This document shows positions 53,467 to 64,000 of a stretch of 64,000 nt of DNA, piece after piece (position 1 is the stretch's first letter; every line of letters starts with the position of its first letter). The notes under the pieces are model-generated. The model was given only the letters and a program-made list of their open reading frames with translations. It was not told the origin of the DNA and made no database searches. The position numbers were made by a program, and so were the translations under genes. This stretch comes from Prochlorococcus sp. AG-347-I15 (GTDB lineage Bacteria; Cyanobacteriota; Cyanobacteriia; PCC-6307; Cyanobiaceae), in NCBI GenBank assembly GCA_003281585.1, contig QCBN01000001.1:168247-232246 (forward strand), in the 5' to 3' direction.

Positions 53467-54705
53467 TTGGAGATAAGTCAAGAAAAAATAAAATATAAAA
53501 GAATTTCTAAAAGAAAAAAAACCTTTAGTTCTAATTACAAAAAAAATTTAAGCAATTTATTAGGAGAGTCTATTTTTCCATTACCTTGGACGATATGGCC
53601 TTATGAGGCAAAAATCCTGATTATCCTCATTGGAATTTGGTCAATATTTGGAATATGCATACTAGGATCTTCAAGTTGGTGGGTAGCTAGTAGGGAAATG
53701 GGACATTGGGCTTACTTCTTAAAAAAACAAATTATTTGGACAATTCCAGGAATTGGTCTATTTTATTTCGTTCTTAATACAAACATTAGAAATCTTTTAA
53801 AGTTTTCAAGAATTATTTTTTATATATTATTATTTCTGATTTTCCTTACCAATTTTAATGGAATTACAGTTAATGGATCTTCTAGATGGCTAGTGCTTGG
53901 CAATTTACGTCTGCAGCCATCTGAATTAATTAAACCTTTTCTAATTTTAGAAGCTTCAAATCTTTTCGCTCATTGGAATCTAGTAAAGAGTGATAAAAAA
54001 TTAATTTCAATAATGTCCTTTGGTTTATTAATTTTATTAATACTAAAACAGCCTAATTTAAGTACTGCATCATTAACCGGGATTCTTCTTTGGGTAATGG
54101 GTTTATGTGGAGGAGTAAAACTTAGCTCTCTTTGCTCATTTGCTTCAATAGGATTCATTACTGGATGTATCAGCATCTTTAATAACGAATATCAAAAACT
54201 GAGAGTTACTTCATTTATAAATCCTTGGAAAGATCAACAAGAAAATGGATTTCAATTGGTACAGAGTTTATTAGCTATAGGTTCAGGTGGTCTATTTGGC
54301 CAAGGTTTTGGACTGTCCATACAAAAATTACAGTATCTACCGTTCATGTATACAGATTTTATTTTTGCCATTTTTGCGGAAGAATTTGGTTTATTAGGGT
54401 GTACTTTATTCTTAGGATTTTTAGCAGTATTCTCTTATATAAGCCTAAGAATTAGTCTTAAGTGCAGGAACAACTATACAAAATTAGTTGCTATCGGATG
54501 TGGTGTATTGTTGACAGGTCAATCAATAATGCATATTGCTGTAGCAACAGGTTCAATGCCTACTACAGGCTTACCACTACCTTTCATTAGTTATGGTGGC
54601 AATTCATTAATAGCGTCTTTTTTTATTGCAGGGATGTTAGTGAGATGTTCATTAGAGTCAACAGGATTGATTGGTATGATTAGTACACGAAAGACTCTTA
54701 ATTAG
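53467..54705 (+). CDS. ftsW: FtsW (SEDS family)
   Basis: NGSSRW, LQPSELIK, QPNLST, PTTGLPLPFISYGG. Confidence 0.95.
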   Translation: MEISQEKIKYKRISKRKKTFSSNYKKNLSNLLGESIFPLPWTIWPYEAKILIILIGIWSIFGICILGSSSWWVASREMGHWAYFLKKQIIWTIPGIGLFYFVLNTNIRNLLKFSRIIFYILLFLIFLTNFNGITVNGSSRWLVLGNLRLQPSELIKPFLILEASNLFAHWNLVKSDKKLISIMSFGLLILLILKQPNLSTASLTGILLWVMGLCGGVKLSSLCSFASIGFITGCISIFNNEYQKLRVTSFINPWKDQQENGFQLVQSLLAIGSGGLFGQGFGLSIQKLQYLPFMYTDFIFAIFAEEFGLLGCTLFLGFLAVFSYISLRISLKCRNNYTKLVAIGCGVLLTGQSIMHIAVATGSMPTTGLPLPFISYGGNSLIASFFIAGMLVRCSLESTGLIGMISTRKTLN

Positions 54706-54787
54706 TTAGAATTTAAGAGATTTAACTCAAGCTATCGAATCATTAAATTTAGTTATTTCAGAATTATCTCAAAAGGGTAATCTGCTT

Positions 54788-55444
54788 ATGCAGAATGGTC
54801 TTAATAGTCCTGGTCCATTTACTATTTTTTTGATTTTCAGCGCAGGACTTTTAACAAGTCTTGGGCCATGCTCGTTATCATTACTTCCTGTGACAATTGC
54901 TTATATAGGAGGAACAGAGAAAAATAAATTTAAACTTATTAGTTTTTCAGGGGGAGTTGTTTTTTCGCTTGTTGCATTAGGGGCTGCGAGTGGATTCTTA
55001 GGTAAAATATATGGGCAAATTCCAGCTTATTACACTTCGATTGTTGCCTTGATTGCAGTAATAATGGGTTTAAATTTACTAGGAATTATAAAGTTTCAGT
55101 TTCCGAATGGACCTGATCTAAAAAAAATAGAGGATAAGATACCATCTCTCATAGCACCTTTTGCGATAGGAACTACTTTTGGACTAGCCTCTTCACCTTG
55201 CATCACTCCAGTTTTAGCAACTCTTCTAGCTTGGGTATCGCAAGCTAAAAACCCCGTAATCTCAATTATTTTTTTATTTTTCTTTGGATTAGGCCAAGTC
55301 ACTCCAATAATTATTGCGGGAGCAACGGCAGAAAACTTAAAAAAATTTTTAGAGCTTAGAAAATTTAGTCAAATAATTCCCACTATAAGTGGGATATTTT
55401 TAGTAACACTAGGATTATTAAATTTATTTTCAAATTGGATTTAA
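54788..55444 (+). CDS. ccdA: Cytochrome c biogenesis protein CcdA
   Basis: GLLTSLGPC...SPCITPVL. Confidence 0.93.
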   Translation: MQNGLNSPGPFTIFLIFSAGLLTSLGPCSLSLLPVTIAYIGGTEKNKFKLISFSGGVVFSLVALGAASGFLGKIYGQIPAYYTSIVALIAVIMGLNLLGIIKFQFPNGPDLKKIEDKIPSLIAPFAIGTTFGLASSPCITPVLATLLAWVSQAKNPVISIIFLFFFGLGQVTPIIIAGATAENLKKFLELRKFSQIIPTISGIFLVTLGLLNLFSNWI

Positions 55445-56731
55445 ATGATTATTTTTAAGAATCTAATTTTAAAAATATCAAGTTTAAGATTCGCTATTTC
55501 GCTCATAATCTTCATTGCTATTGCCAGTGGAATAGGTACTTTTATACCTCAAGGTAGTAATAATAAATTCTACATTGATAATTTTGATAGAGCTCCAATT
55601 TTTGGATTTTTAGATGGAGAAAAAGTCTTAAAACTTCAATTGGATCATATATATACAAGCTTTTGGTTTTTATTTACATTAATTCTTCTTTGCATTTCTC
55701 TGGCAGCTTGTAGTTTCAGGAGGCAAATTCCTTCATTAAAAGCTTCATTAAAATGGATTGAATATAAAAGCGAAAAAAAATTTAGCAAACTGCAACTAAC
55801 TACGAGTCATCCAATCAATCAAAATGAAGAACGTATATCAAAAGTAGATTTATTACTTAAAAAAAAAGGATGGAAAACATACAAATTTAGTAGTCATATT
55901 TCTGCAAGAAAGGGTTTAATTGGAAAAATCGGCCCTTTAGTTGTACATATCGGATTAATAGTCTTACTTATAGGTTCAGCATATGGAAGTTTTACAAATC
56001 AATCAAAAGAACAATATTTACTGCCTGGAGAAACTTTAGATCTTGTTAATGAGAGCACAAACTCAAAAGCCAATGTAAAATTGGTCGATTTTTCTATAGA
56101 ACGTGAAAGTGATGGTGTACCCATACAGTTTATTTCAAAATTAAATTTTTCTTCTGAAGATCTAAATTTAAATGAAATAAAAACAACCAAAGTTAATCAC
56201 CCAATCAGGTTTAAAGGATTAACTATTTATCAAGCAGATTGGGCAATATCAAATGTTGTTTTAGAAATAGATAATATACTTTATCAATTACAATTAAAGG
56301 AGATTCCAGAAATCGGTAATCAAGTTTGGGGAGTTTTAGTTGAATTAGGATCGGAGACTAAAAAAAATTTCCTTTTAACAATAGATAATGAAAATGGCCC
56401 ACTTAAAATTTCGAATATAGAAAATTTTTCCGGGAATAATCTCTATATCAATGACGATCCTTTAGAAGTTAACTCTTCAAAAGTATCTCTAAAAAAAATA
56501 ATCCCCAGCAGTGGATTAATAATTAAAAATGATCCGTCTATACCATTTATTTACTTTTCTTTTATCTTAATAATTTTTGGAACAATAATAAGTCTTATAC
56601 CAACTAACCAATTATGGATTCTGGTAAATAAAGAATCACAAAAGTTATCTATTGGAGGCCTTAGTAATAAAAATCTAGTTGGTTTTAAAAAAGAATTTTT
56701 TAAATTATCAGACGAAATAAAAAATTTTTAA
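55445..56731 (+). CDS. ccsB: Cytochrome c biogenesis protein Ccs1/ResB
   Basis: [30 protein letters not shown]. Confidence 0.93.
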   Translation: MIIFKNLILKISSLRFAISLIIFIAIASGIGTFIPQGSNNKFYIDNFDRAPIFGFLDGEKVLKLQLDHIYTSFWFLFTLILLCISLAACSFRRQIPSLKASLKWIEYKSEKKFSKLQLTTSHPINQNEERISKVDLLLKKKGWKTYKFSSHISARKGLIGKIGPLVVHIGLIVLLIGSAYGSFTNQSKEQYLLPGETLDLVNESTNSKANVKLVDFSIERESDGVPIQFISKLNFSSEDLNLNEIKTTKVNHPIRFKGLTIYQADWAISNVVLEIDNILYQLQLKEIPEIGNQVWGVLVELGSETKKNFLLTIDNENGPLKISNIENFSGNNLYINDDPLEVNSSKVSLKKIIPSSGLIIKNDPSIPFIYFSFILIIFGTIISLIPTNQLWILVNKESQKLSIGGLSNKNLVGFKKEFFKLSDEIKNF

Positions 56732-57138
56732 TTTCTTTTCTGCCCACTAAAAATATCTAACTGCATAGAAACATTCCCTCTGGGGTTAAATGCAGCATTT
56801 AAATGTATCCAGTGAGGTGAACCTTCATTCACTAAATCATCCATAATTCTATTCACAACTTCCTCATGTGATATTTTTATATCCCTAAAATTATTAATGT
56901 AAAGCTTTAAAGACTTCAATTCATAGACTTTCAAATTAGGTTGATAAATAATATTTAGCTTTGCAAAATCTGGATAACCAGAAAAGGGGCACTTACATGT
57001 AAATTCAGGTAACTGAATAGAAATTTCATAAATTCTTTTCTTATTTGGATTATCGAAACAAATTATTGTTGATTCTTCAATAATTCTTTCACCATATAGC
57101 GGTCTTTGTGTTGAATCTTCTAATTTAGCTGTATTCAT
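56728..57138 (-). CDS. queF: preQ0 reductase
   Basis: [27 protein letters not shown]. Confidence 0.97.
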   Translation of the reverse strand: MNTAKLEDSTQRPLYGERIIEESTIICFDNPNKKRIYEISIQLPEFTCKCPFSGYPDFAKLNIIYQPNLKVYELKSLKLYINNFRDIKISHEEVVNRIMDDLVNEGSPHWIHLNAAFNPRGNVSMQLDIFSGQKRN

Positions 57139-57260
57139 TTTTAGTAGAACTTTTTTACTAAACCTATATAAAAACTATATATAAAGATAAAAATTCGCAA
57201 AAGTATCAACAAATCTAAGTATTACAATTGACTAAGTCAAAAGATGTTAAATCTTATTTT

Positions 57261-57276
57261 TGTATCAATTATAACA
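57261..57276. promoter_or_regulatory. NtcA-like site upstream of the hypothetical-glnB pair
   Basis: TGTA-TCAATTAT-AACA (GTA-N8-AAC variant). Confidence 0.5.
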
Positions 57277-57327
57277 TTCATAATGTCCGCCGAAAGGTTT
57301 ATATGTGTTTAGTTCAATGAAAAATTA

Positions 57328-57573
57328 ATGGACATTTGTTTGATAACTATCGATAACAACTTAAATAAATCCCTTCAACCAAAAACTGCAATTGGAATGT
57401 TATGGCTTCAAACACACTTTGAGAATGATCAGTGGGAAGCGTTGTCAAATAGTACAGTAATAATTTCTGAAGAAAATTCCCATATGTTAATTGAAGACGC
57501 CAAGAATGCAGGCCTTAGTGTTGAATGTTTTTCTGATATTTCAATGTTGGATGTTTTCCCAAAAAACAATTAA
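57328..57573 (+). CDS. Hypothetical protein upstream of glnB
   Basis: GMLWLQTHFENDQW. Confidence 0.85.
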   Translation: MDICLITIDNNLNKSLQPKTAIGMLWLQTHFENDQWEALSNSTVIISEENSHMLIEDAKNAGLSVECFSDISMLDVFPKNN

Positions 57574-57936
<363 letters not shown>

Positions 57937-57937
57937 T

Positions 57938-58750
57938 TCAAAGAGTTTCTTTTACTAAATTTTGTATATATTCACTATCAATACTTTTATTTGATTGACT
58001 TCCTAATGTCATCCAAGCTAGATATTCATGATTCCCAGCAGGACCTACCAGAGGAGAAGCTATCAAATTCTTTATATTCCATTGGCAATTCTTTGCAGCA
58101 TAGATAACAGACTCTATAGCCTCAGTATGGAATTTAGGATTGCGAACAACACCTCCTTTACTGACTTTATCTTTACCAACCTCAAATTGGGGTTTAATTA
58201 AAAATATACCCTCAATACAATCACCTTCTAATAAATTACCAATAGATTTAAAAACTAACTTTAATGAAATAAAAGACAAATCAGCAACAACAAAATTTGG
58301 TAATTCATTACTTCTAGATAAAAGATCATTAGGTTTTAAATTTCGAATATTAGTTCGTTCAAAAAGTATAACTTTTGGGTTATTTCTAATCTTCCATGCA
58401 GTTTGTCCATAACCAACATCTATCCCATAAACTAACTTTGCTCCTTGTTGCAATAAGCAATCAGTAAATCCACCAGTAGAGATTCCTGCGTCAATACATA
58501 TTTTGTCTTTTACTTTAATTTCAAGTTTTTTAAATGCCTCCAATAATTTTTCACCGCCCCTTGATACAAACATAGGTGCGGAATCTATATAAAATTCAGA
58601 TCCAATTATTACTTGTTGTCCAGGTTTATCCAATACTTTTCCATTGATATCTCTAACCTTGCCCGCAAGAATTAAACCTTGGGCTTTTTGACGAGTTTCA
58701 CATAAACCTTTATCTAGAAGATAGAGGTCTAATCTACTTTTTTTAATCAT
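57938..58750 (-). CDS. tlyA: TlyA-family rRNA methyltransferase
   Basis: S4 domain, FVSRGGEKL, DAGISTGGFTD, KPQFE. Confidence 0.95.
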   Translation of the reverse strand: MIKKSRLDLYLLDKGLCETRQKAQGLILAGKVRDINGKVLDKPGQQVIIGSEFYIDSAPMFVSRGGEKLLEAFKKLEIKVKDKICIDAGISTGGFTDCLLQQGAKLVYGIDVGYGQTAWKIRNNPKVILFERTNIRNLKPNDLLSRSNELPNFVVADLSFISLKLVFKSIGNLLEGDCIEGIFLIKPQFEVGKDKVSKGGVVRNPKFHTEAIESVIYAAKNCQWNIKNLIASPLVGPAGNHEYLAWMTLGSQSNKSIDSEYIQNLVKETL

Positions 58751-59029
58751 CTATTAATCAAAAAAAAGATTGAGTAATGAACTTCAATAAGATTAAGATC
58801 CAAATTCTTTAATACCTTCCAATTTTAAATAAGAACTAAAAAATTACCCATTGTTATTGAAAGGAATAAATGCAAATATTTTTATATTTAAGCTTTCTTT
58901 ATTATCTCGATAAATGTTACATAAGAAAATAATAATAAGGCAAATATGTTCAATGGCAAGTACATCTTCAAGGTATAGGGCAATAATGCGATTTTGTTAT
59001 AAAGTTTAAATTGATAATGAATAAAAATT

Positions 59030-60325
59030 GTGATCGAGCGTTACACATTACCCGAAATGGGGAAAATCTGGACTGAAAGCGCAAAATTTCAGAGTTGGCT
59101 TAAGGTTGAAATAGCTGCATGTGAAGCAAATTTTTCCCTCGGGAAAATTCCTGAGAATGCCATGAAAGATATACGTTCAAATGCAAAGTTTGATGAATCT
59201 AGAATTACAGAAATTGAGAAAGAAGTTAAACATGATGTAATAGCATTTCTTACAAGCGTTAATGAATTTGTAGGAGATTCTGGAAGATACATACATGTTG
59301 GTATGACCAGTAGTGATGTACTTGATACTGGTTTATCTCTTCAGTTAAAAGACTCTTGCGAGTTGTTATTAGAAGAGATTGAGAAATTAGAAAATGAAGT
59401 CAGATTATTAGCAAGGAAGCATAAAAATACATTAATGATTGGCAGATCTCATGCAATTCATGGGGAGCCAATCTCCTTCGGTTTTAAACTTGCTGGATGG
59501 TTAGCAGAAATAATAAGGAACAAAAAAAGATTGTTAACACTGAAAGAATCTGTAGCAATTGGACAAATAAGTGGTGCAATGGGAACTTACGCCAATACGA
59601 ATCCCAAAGTAGAACAAATAACTTGTGATTTACTCGGCTTAAAACCTGATACAGCAAGTACGCAGGTCATATCGAGAGACAGGCATGCAGAATATGTTCA
59701 AACTCTTGCACTAGTTGGCGCTTCTCTAGATAGATTCGCAACTGAAATAAGAAATTTACAAAGAACTGATGTTTTAGAAGTTGAGGAGGGCTTTACAAAA
59801 GGGCAAAAAGGAAGTTCTGCCATGCCTCATAAAAGAAATCCTATTAGAAGTGAAAGAGTAAGCGGTTTAGCAAGAATTTTGAGGAGTTACGTCTTAACAG
59901 CACTGGAAAATGTTCCACTTTGGCACGAAAGAGATATTAGCCATAGTTCAAATGAACGTATCATGATACCTGACGTATCAATCTGTTTGCATTTTATGCT
60001 CAGGGAAATGAAAGATATAGTAGGCAATTTGAAAGTTTATCCAAAAAATATGCTCAAAAATTTAAATATATATGGTGGTGTGATCTTTAGTCAGAAAGTT
60101 TTACTTTTGCTTGTAGAGAAGGGGTTGTCTAGAGAAAAAGCTTATAGCTTAGTACAAAAAAATGCGCATCAGGCGTGGAATACTGAAAATGGGAATTTCA
60201 AACAAAATATAGAGAGAGATAATGAAATAATGGATTTTATTGATCAAAGTGACTTGGAAGAATGTTTTAATCCTTCAATTCATCTCAATAATTTAAGTGT
60301 AATATGGGAGAAGTTAGGTATCTAG
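59030..60325 (+). CDS. purB: Adenylosuccinate lyase
   Basis: MIERY, GSSAMPHKRNP. Confidence 0.98.
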   Translation: MIERYTLPEMGKIWTESAKFQSWLKVEIAACEANFSLGKIPENAMKDIRSNAKFDESRITEIEKEVKHDVIAFLTSVNEFVGDSGRYIHVGMTSSDVLDTGLSLQLKDSCELLLEEIEKLENEVRLLARKHKNTLMIGRSHAIHGEPISFGFKLAGWLAEIIRNKKRLLTLKESVAIGQISGAMGTYANTNPKVEQITCDLLGLKPDTASTQVISRDRHAEYVQTLALVGASLDRFATEIRNLQRTDVLEVEEGFTKGQKGSSAMPHKRNPIRSERVSGLARILRSYVLTALENVPLWHERDISHSSNERIMIPDVSICLHFMLREMKDIVGNLKVYPKNMLKNLNIYGGVIFSQKVLLLLVEKGLSREKAYSLVQKNAHQAWNTENGNFKQNIERDNEIMDFIDQSDLEECFNPSIHLNNLSVIWEKLGI

Positions 60326-60373
60326 GATTACTGAAAACCTTATCTAAAGCAAACCAGTGTTTTCAGAGGAATA

Positions 60374-61759
60374 ATGGCAAAAAACTTTAGGATTGAAAAA
60401 GATAGTATGGGAACAATAGAGGTTCCCATGGAAGCTTTGTGGGGAGCTCAAACACAAAGATCGATAATAAATTTTTCTATTGGAGAAGAATTAATTCCAA
60501 TTGAATTAATTTATTCACTCACCCTCATAAAAAAAGCTGCTTCAATTGCTAATTTCAATTTAGGGTTAATAGATAAAAGAAAAAAAGATTTGATTCTAGA
60601 GGCATGTACAGAAATACTTAATGGGCTGCACGATTCACAGTTTCCCTTAAAGGTTTGGCAAACAGGTAGTGGTACGCAAACAAATATGAATGTTAATGAG
60701 GTAATTTCAAATATTGCAGCGTTAAAAACAAATTCAGAACTTGGTAGTCATCAACCACTTCATCCGAATGATGATGTAAATAAATCTCAGTCAACTAATG
60801 ATACTTTTCCTGCTGCTATTCAAATTTCAGTTGTTAATGAAATAATCAAAAATTTAGTTCCAACGATAAGAGAACTTACTAAGATCCTTGATAAAAAAAG
60901 TGAGCAATGGAAAGACCTCATAAAAATAGGAAGAACCCATTTTCAAGATGCAGTGCCCCTTACTTTTGGGCAAGAAATATCAGGATGGTCAGAGCAACTT
61001 AAAGATGCAGAGAATGCAATAATTATGAGTCTGAATGAATTGTATTTTTTACCTCTTGGCGGAACTGCGGTTGGAACAGGTATTAATTGTCCAAAAGGAT
61101 TTTGTGAAGAGTCAATAAAATCAATTTCCGATGATACTAATCTGATGTTCTATAAATCAAAAAATAATTTTTCTATCATGGCCTCGCATGATCGTTTAGC
61201 TCAAGTAATGAGTCAGATAAAAATATTAGCAGGTGCATTATTTAAAATTTCAAATGATATAAAAATTCTATCTTCAGGACCAAGATCAGGAATATATGAA
61301 TTAATCATCCCTCAAAATGAACCTGGAAGTTCTATCATGCCGGGCAAAGTGAATCCGACTCAATGCGAAGCCTTATCAATGGTTTGCACTCAGATAATGG
61401 GTCTTGAATATGCAGTTTCAATGGCAAATTCTAGCGGCACTTTGCAGATGAATGAATATAAGCCTTTGATTGGATTTAATATTCTTACAAGTTTAAAATT
61501 ACTTAAAAATGCAATAGAAAACTTCAGAATAAAATTAGTTGATGGGATGGAACCTAATCAAAAGAAAATGAAGTTTAATTTAGATAATTCACTAATGTTG
61601 GTTACAGCCATAGTGCCAAAAGTTGGTTATGAAAAAGCAGCTAAAATTGCAAACCTTGCCTTCAAAGAATCATTAAATTTAAGAGAGGCAACACTTAAAT
61701 TAGGTTATTTAAACGAAGATGAATTTGATGAAGCAATGAATATTAATTCAATGATTTAA
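60374..61759 (+). CDS. fumC: Class II fumarate hydratase
   Basis: WQTGSGTQTNMN, GSSIMPGKVNP. Confidence 0.97.
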   Translation: MAKNFRIEKDSMGTIEVPMEALWGAQTQRSIINFSIGEELIPIELIYSLTLIKKAASIANFNLGLIDKRKKDLILEACTEILNGLHDSQFPLKVWQTGSGTQTNMNVNEVISNIAALKTNSELGSHQPLHPNDDVNKSQSTNDTFPAAIQISVVNEIIKNLVPTIRELTKILDKKSEQWKDLIKIGRTHFQDAVPLTFGQEISGWSEQLKDAENAIIMSLNELYFLPLGGTAVGTGINCPKGFCEESIKSISDDTNLMFYKSKNNFSIMASHDRLAQVMSQIKILAGALFKISNDIKILSSGPRSGIYELIIPQNEPGSSIMPGKVNPTQCEALSMVCTQIMGLEYAVSMANSSGTLQMNEYKPLIGFNILTSLKLLKNAIENFRIKLVDGMEPNQKKMKFNLDNSLMLVTAIVPKVGYEKAAKIANLAFKESLNLREATLKLGYLNEDEFDEAMNINSMI

Positions 61760-61769
61760 TTAAAAAAAT

Positions 61770-63998
61770 TTAAGAATTATTTTCAATTCTTTTTGTCGCA
61801 GGATTAATATCTTCATAGACTTTTATAAGATCATTAGATTCAGTAACAGGAAAACGATTAATAGCTTTTAATGCTAGCTTTGCTTTGCTTTTTAATTTAT
61901 TACTAACACCAATACAGTATTGCACTTGAGAAAGAACATCAATTGATCTTCTAATAATCCTCACTACATCACCTTCGTCTAATGAAGTATTAAAAACCAA
62001 ATCTTTCCATTTTTTTCCCCTTGCCCATTCAGAAATAATTCCAGTCAACTCTGTTTCTAAATAAATAGGAATTTCAATATTTAACTTATTTTGTTTAGAA
62101 GCGACTAATTTTCTTAAACCATCTAATTCATTAAAAACATCTATTACCTTTAAAGAAGGCTTGAAATTACACCAAAGATTAGGCCTCCTTACATCAACAC
62201 ATATAGCTTGAATAATTGCAGCTAAATCAGGAGGATCTAAATCGTCTAAATAACCACTAACTAAAACAAGACCAATCCATAATTCATTTTCACTTCTTAT
62301 TGCACCAACTGTTTGTCCAACTTCTGTCAATTCCAAATTATTTAAACAACCGAAATGATTCAAAATTTTAATCAAATCGGTAAAAGTTCTCCAGTTATGA
62401 TTTTCTTTATCCTCAAGAAGTTTTTTTCTCATATTTATTTCTTGTTCGACATCAATCATTCTTTTTCTATATTTCTTTAATTTCCTGGAGTCTCCAAATC
62501 TATGTGCGGGATGATCAGTAACTGTTTCTTCTAAATTATTAATTTGTTGCTGTTGTGCCAAAACTTCCGTTGTCAGATCATATTGGGGAGTTTGTAAATC
62601 ATTTTTTTTAGAAACTTCTAAAATTCGATCCGCATAACACTGCGACATATCATCTCCCCTAAATACCTCTCCAGAAAAATACATCTTTGGTATTTCAAGT
62701 CCTAAGACATCAATTGCATCCAAATCATTAAAAATACTTACTATGTAAGAAGGTTTTATGAGAATAAATAAATTATCAATTGTCAAACACAATAAACTCT
62801 TAATTTTTTGGGATTCATATATTTTCTTACAAATTAATCCTGGAACAATTTTTCTTTTAATTTGTGGAGCTTTGATTGAAATTAAGCTTCCATCTTTAAT
62901 ATAAGGGAGTGCATTAGTTATCTCTTCTGATAATTTTTCTGCCGCTTGTTTTTCTAAAATTTTTAGGAGTCTTCTCTCTTCTTTAAGACGATTTTTTAAA
63001 TTTTCGTAGGCATCAAAATCTTTCCATGAAACGTTAGATGTAATTTTTTTTAATTCAATTAAATCCTTATCTAAATTTTCAAGAATTATATTCTCACCTG
63101 AGGATTCACCTAAATATAAAAAACTACCAAAACTTCTTTTAATTAATTCTTTGGATTTATCTAAAGTATAACTTTGTAAAAGATTAAGTACCATTCCATA
63201 ACTAGGAGTGAATTGACTCTCTAAAGAATTTGGTTTGCTAATAGCTAGTGCACTAGCTTCTTTTGCACCTTCAAATCTTGTTTGTAAAGTAACAACATAT
63301 CCTTGGGAATCTTTTCCTCTTCTTCCAGCTCTTCCTGACATTTGCAAAAATTCACTGCTAAATAATAATCTATGCCCATCTTCTGTCCTTTTTGATAAAG
63401 AAGAAATAACGGTTGTTCTTGCGGGCATATTAATTCCTGCAGCAAGCGTTTCAGTCGCAAAAACAACTTTTATCAAGCCTTGCTGAAATAATTCCTCAAC
63501 CAATTCTTTCCATGCAGGCAATAATCCAGCATGGTGAGATGCAATACCTCGTTTTAATGCCTCGCACTGAGATTTATCTTTAATTGCCTCTTGATTATTT
63601 TTAAGATAAACATCTAATTTTTGGGATATCATATTTGCTTCCGAATAACTTACTAAAGTTAAGTCTTTTATATTCTCAATAGCCTTATCACAGCCTCTTC
63701 TACTAAAAATAAAATAAATAGCAGGCAACATATTTCTTTCAGCTAGTTTCGAGATCACAAAGCCAATTGAGGGTGACTTTGGTTGTATTATCCTGCCCAC
63801 TTTTCCTCTCGTTTTCTGCCCTTTAGGAGCTCTCCAAATCTTACAGTTTGGATGAATTCCATTACCCTTATTATTTAAAAGTGGATGGAGGCCTTTAGTA
63901 CTACAAAAAATAAAATCAAGTGGGACAGGTCTCCTATCACTATTAATTAGTACTGTGGGCCCATGAACTTTTTCTATCCAATTTTGCAGTTGATCTGC
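61770..63998 (-). CDS. Ski2-like DEAD/DEAH-box RNA helicase (5' end outside the window)
   Basis: Frame open to the window edge (ADQLQNW...RPVPL); FSRRGCD, HHAGL, ATETLAAGINMPA, QMSGRAGRRG, DSHCT-like tail. Confidence 0.93.
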   Translation of the reverse strand, partial: ADQLQNWIEKVHGPTVLINSDRRPVPLDFIFCSTKGLHPLLNNKGNGIHPNCKIWRAPKGQKTRGKVGRIIQPKSPSIGFVISKLAERNMLPAIYFIFSRRGCDKAIENIKDLTLVSYSEANMISQKLDVYLKNNQEAIKDKSQCEALKRGIASHHAGLLPAWKELVEELFQQGLIKVVFATETLAAGINMPARTTVISSLSKRTEDGHRLLFSSEFLQMSGRAGRRGKDSQGYVVTLQTRFEGAKEASALAISKPNSLESQFTPSYGMVLNLLQSYTLDKSKELIKRSFGSFLYLGESSGENIILENLDKDLIELKKITSNVSWKDFDAYENLKNRLKEERRLLKILEKQAAEKLSEEITNALPYIKDGSLISIKAPQIKRKIVPGLICKKIYESQKIKSLLCLTIDNLFILIKPSYIVSIFNDLDAIDVLGLEIPKMYFSGEVFRGDDMSQCYADRILEVSKKNDLQTPQYDLTTEVLAQQQQINNLEETVTDHPAHRFGDSRKLKKYRKRMIDVEQEINMRKKLLEDKENHNWRTFTDLIKILNHFGCLNNLELTEVGQTVGAIRSENELWIGLVLVSGYLDDLDPPDLAAIIQAICVDVRRPNLWCNFKPSLKVIDVFNELDGLRKLVASKQNKLNIEIPIYLETELTGIISEWARGKKWKDLVFNTSLDEGDVVRIIRRSIDVLSQVQYCIGVSNKLKSKAKLALKAINRFPVTESNDLIKVYEDINPATKRIENNS

Positions 63999-64000
63999 AT

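Overview
Very AT-rich DNA whose gene content and order indicate a high-light-adapted Prochlorococcus chromosome (inference from the proteins, no search run). About 0.7-29.1 kb is a hypervariable island, probably equivalent to ISL5 of MED4. It holds two fatty-acid desaturases, three hli genes, LptF/G, cupins, LOG and DsrE genes, dozens of 30-70 aa microprotein ORFs missed by the ORF track, and two copies of a Downstream-peptide (glutamine-II) riboswitch plus DUF4278 peptide (yfr6-like). From 29.1 kb on it is core genome: EVE, rpoZ, hsp70-like, pyrR, gpmI, secG, groESL, atpDC, ycf65, pepP, nadDE, the atp operon, ftsW, ccdA/ccsB, queF, glnB, tlyA, purB, fumC and a Ski2-like helicase. Best novelty candidates: (1) five 230-400 nt non-coding intervals with nested, G-U-biased base pairing on the + strand, one with an 8-bp loop-loop match, suggesting large structured RNAs; (2) att-like sites that copy the start of the EVE gene, suggesting repeated integration into a protein-coding gene; (3) a CP12-tail-like microprotein family under tandem K-box-like operators; (4) a recurring TRAGYA-N4-TACTYA palindrome. 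All structures were paired by eye, not computed.
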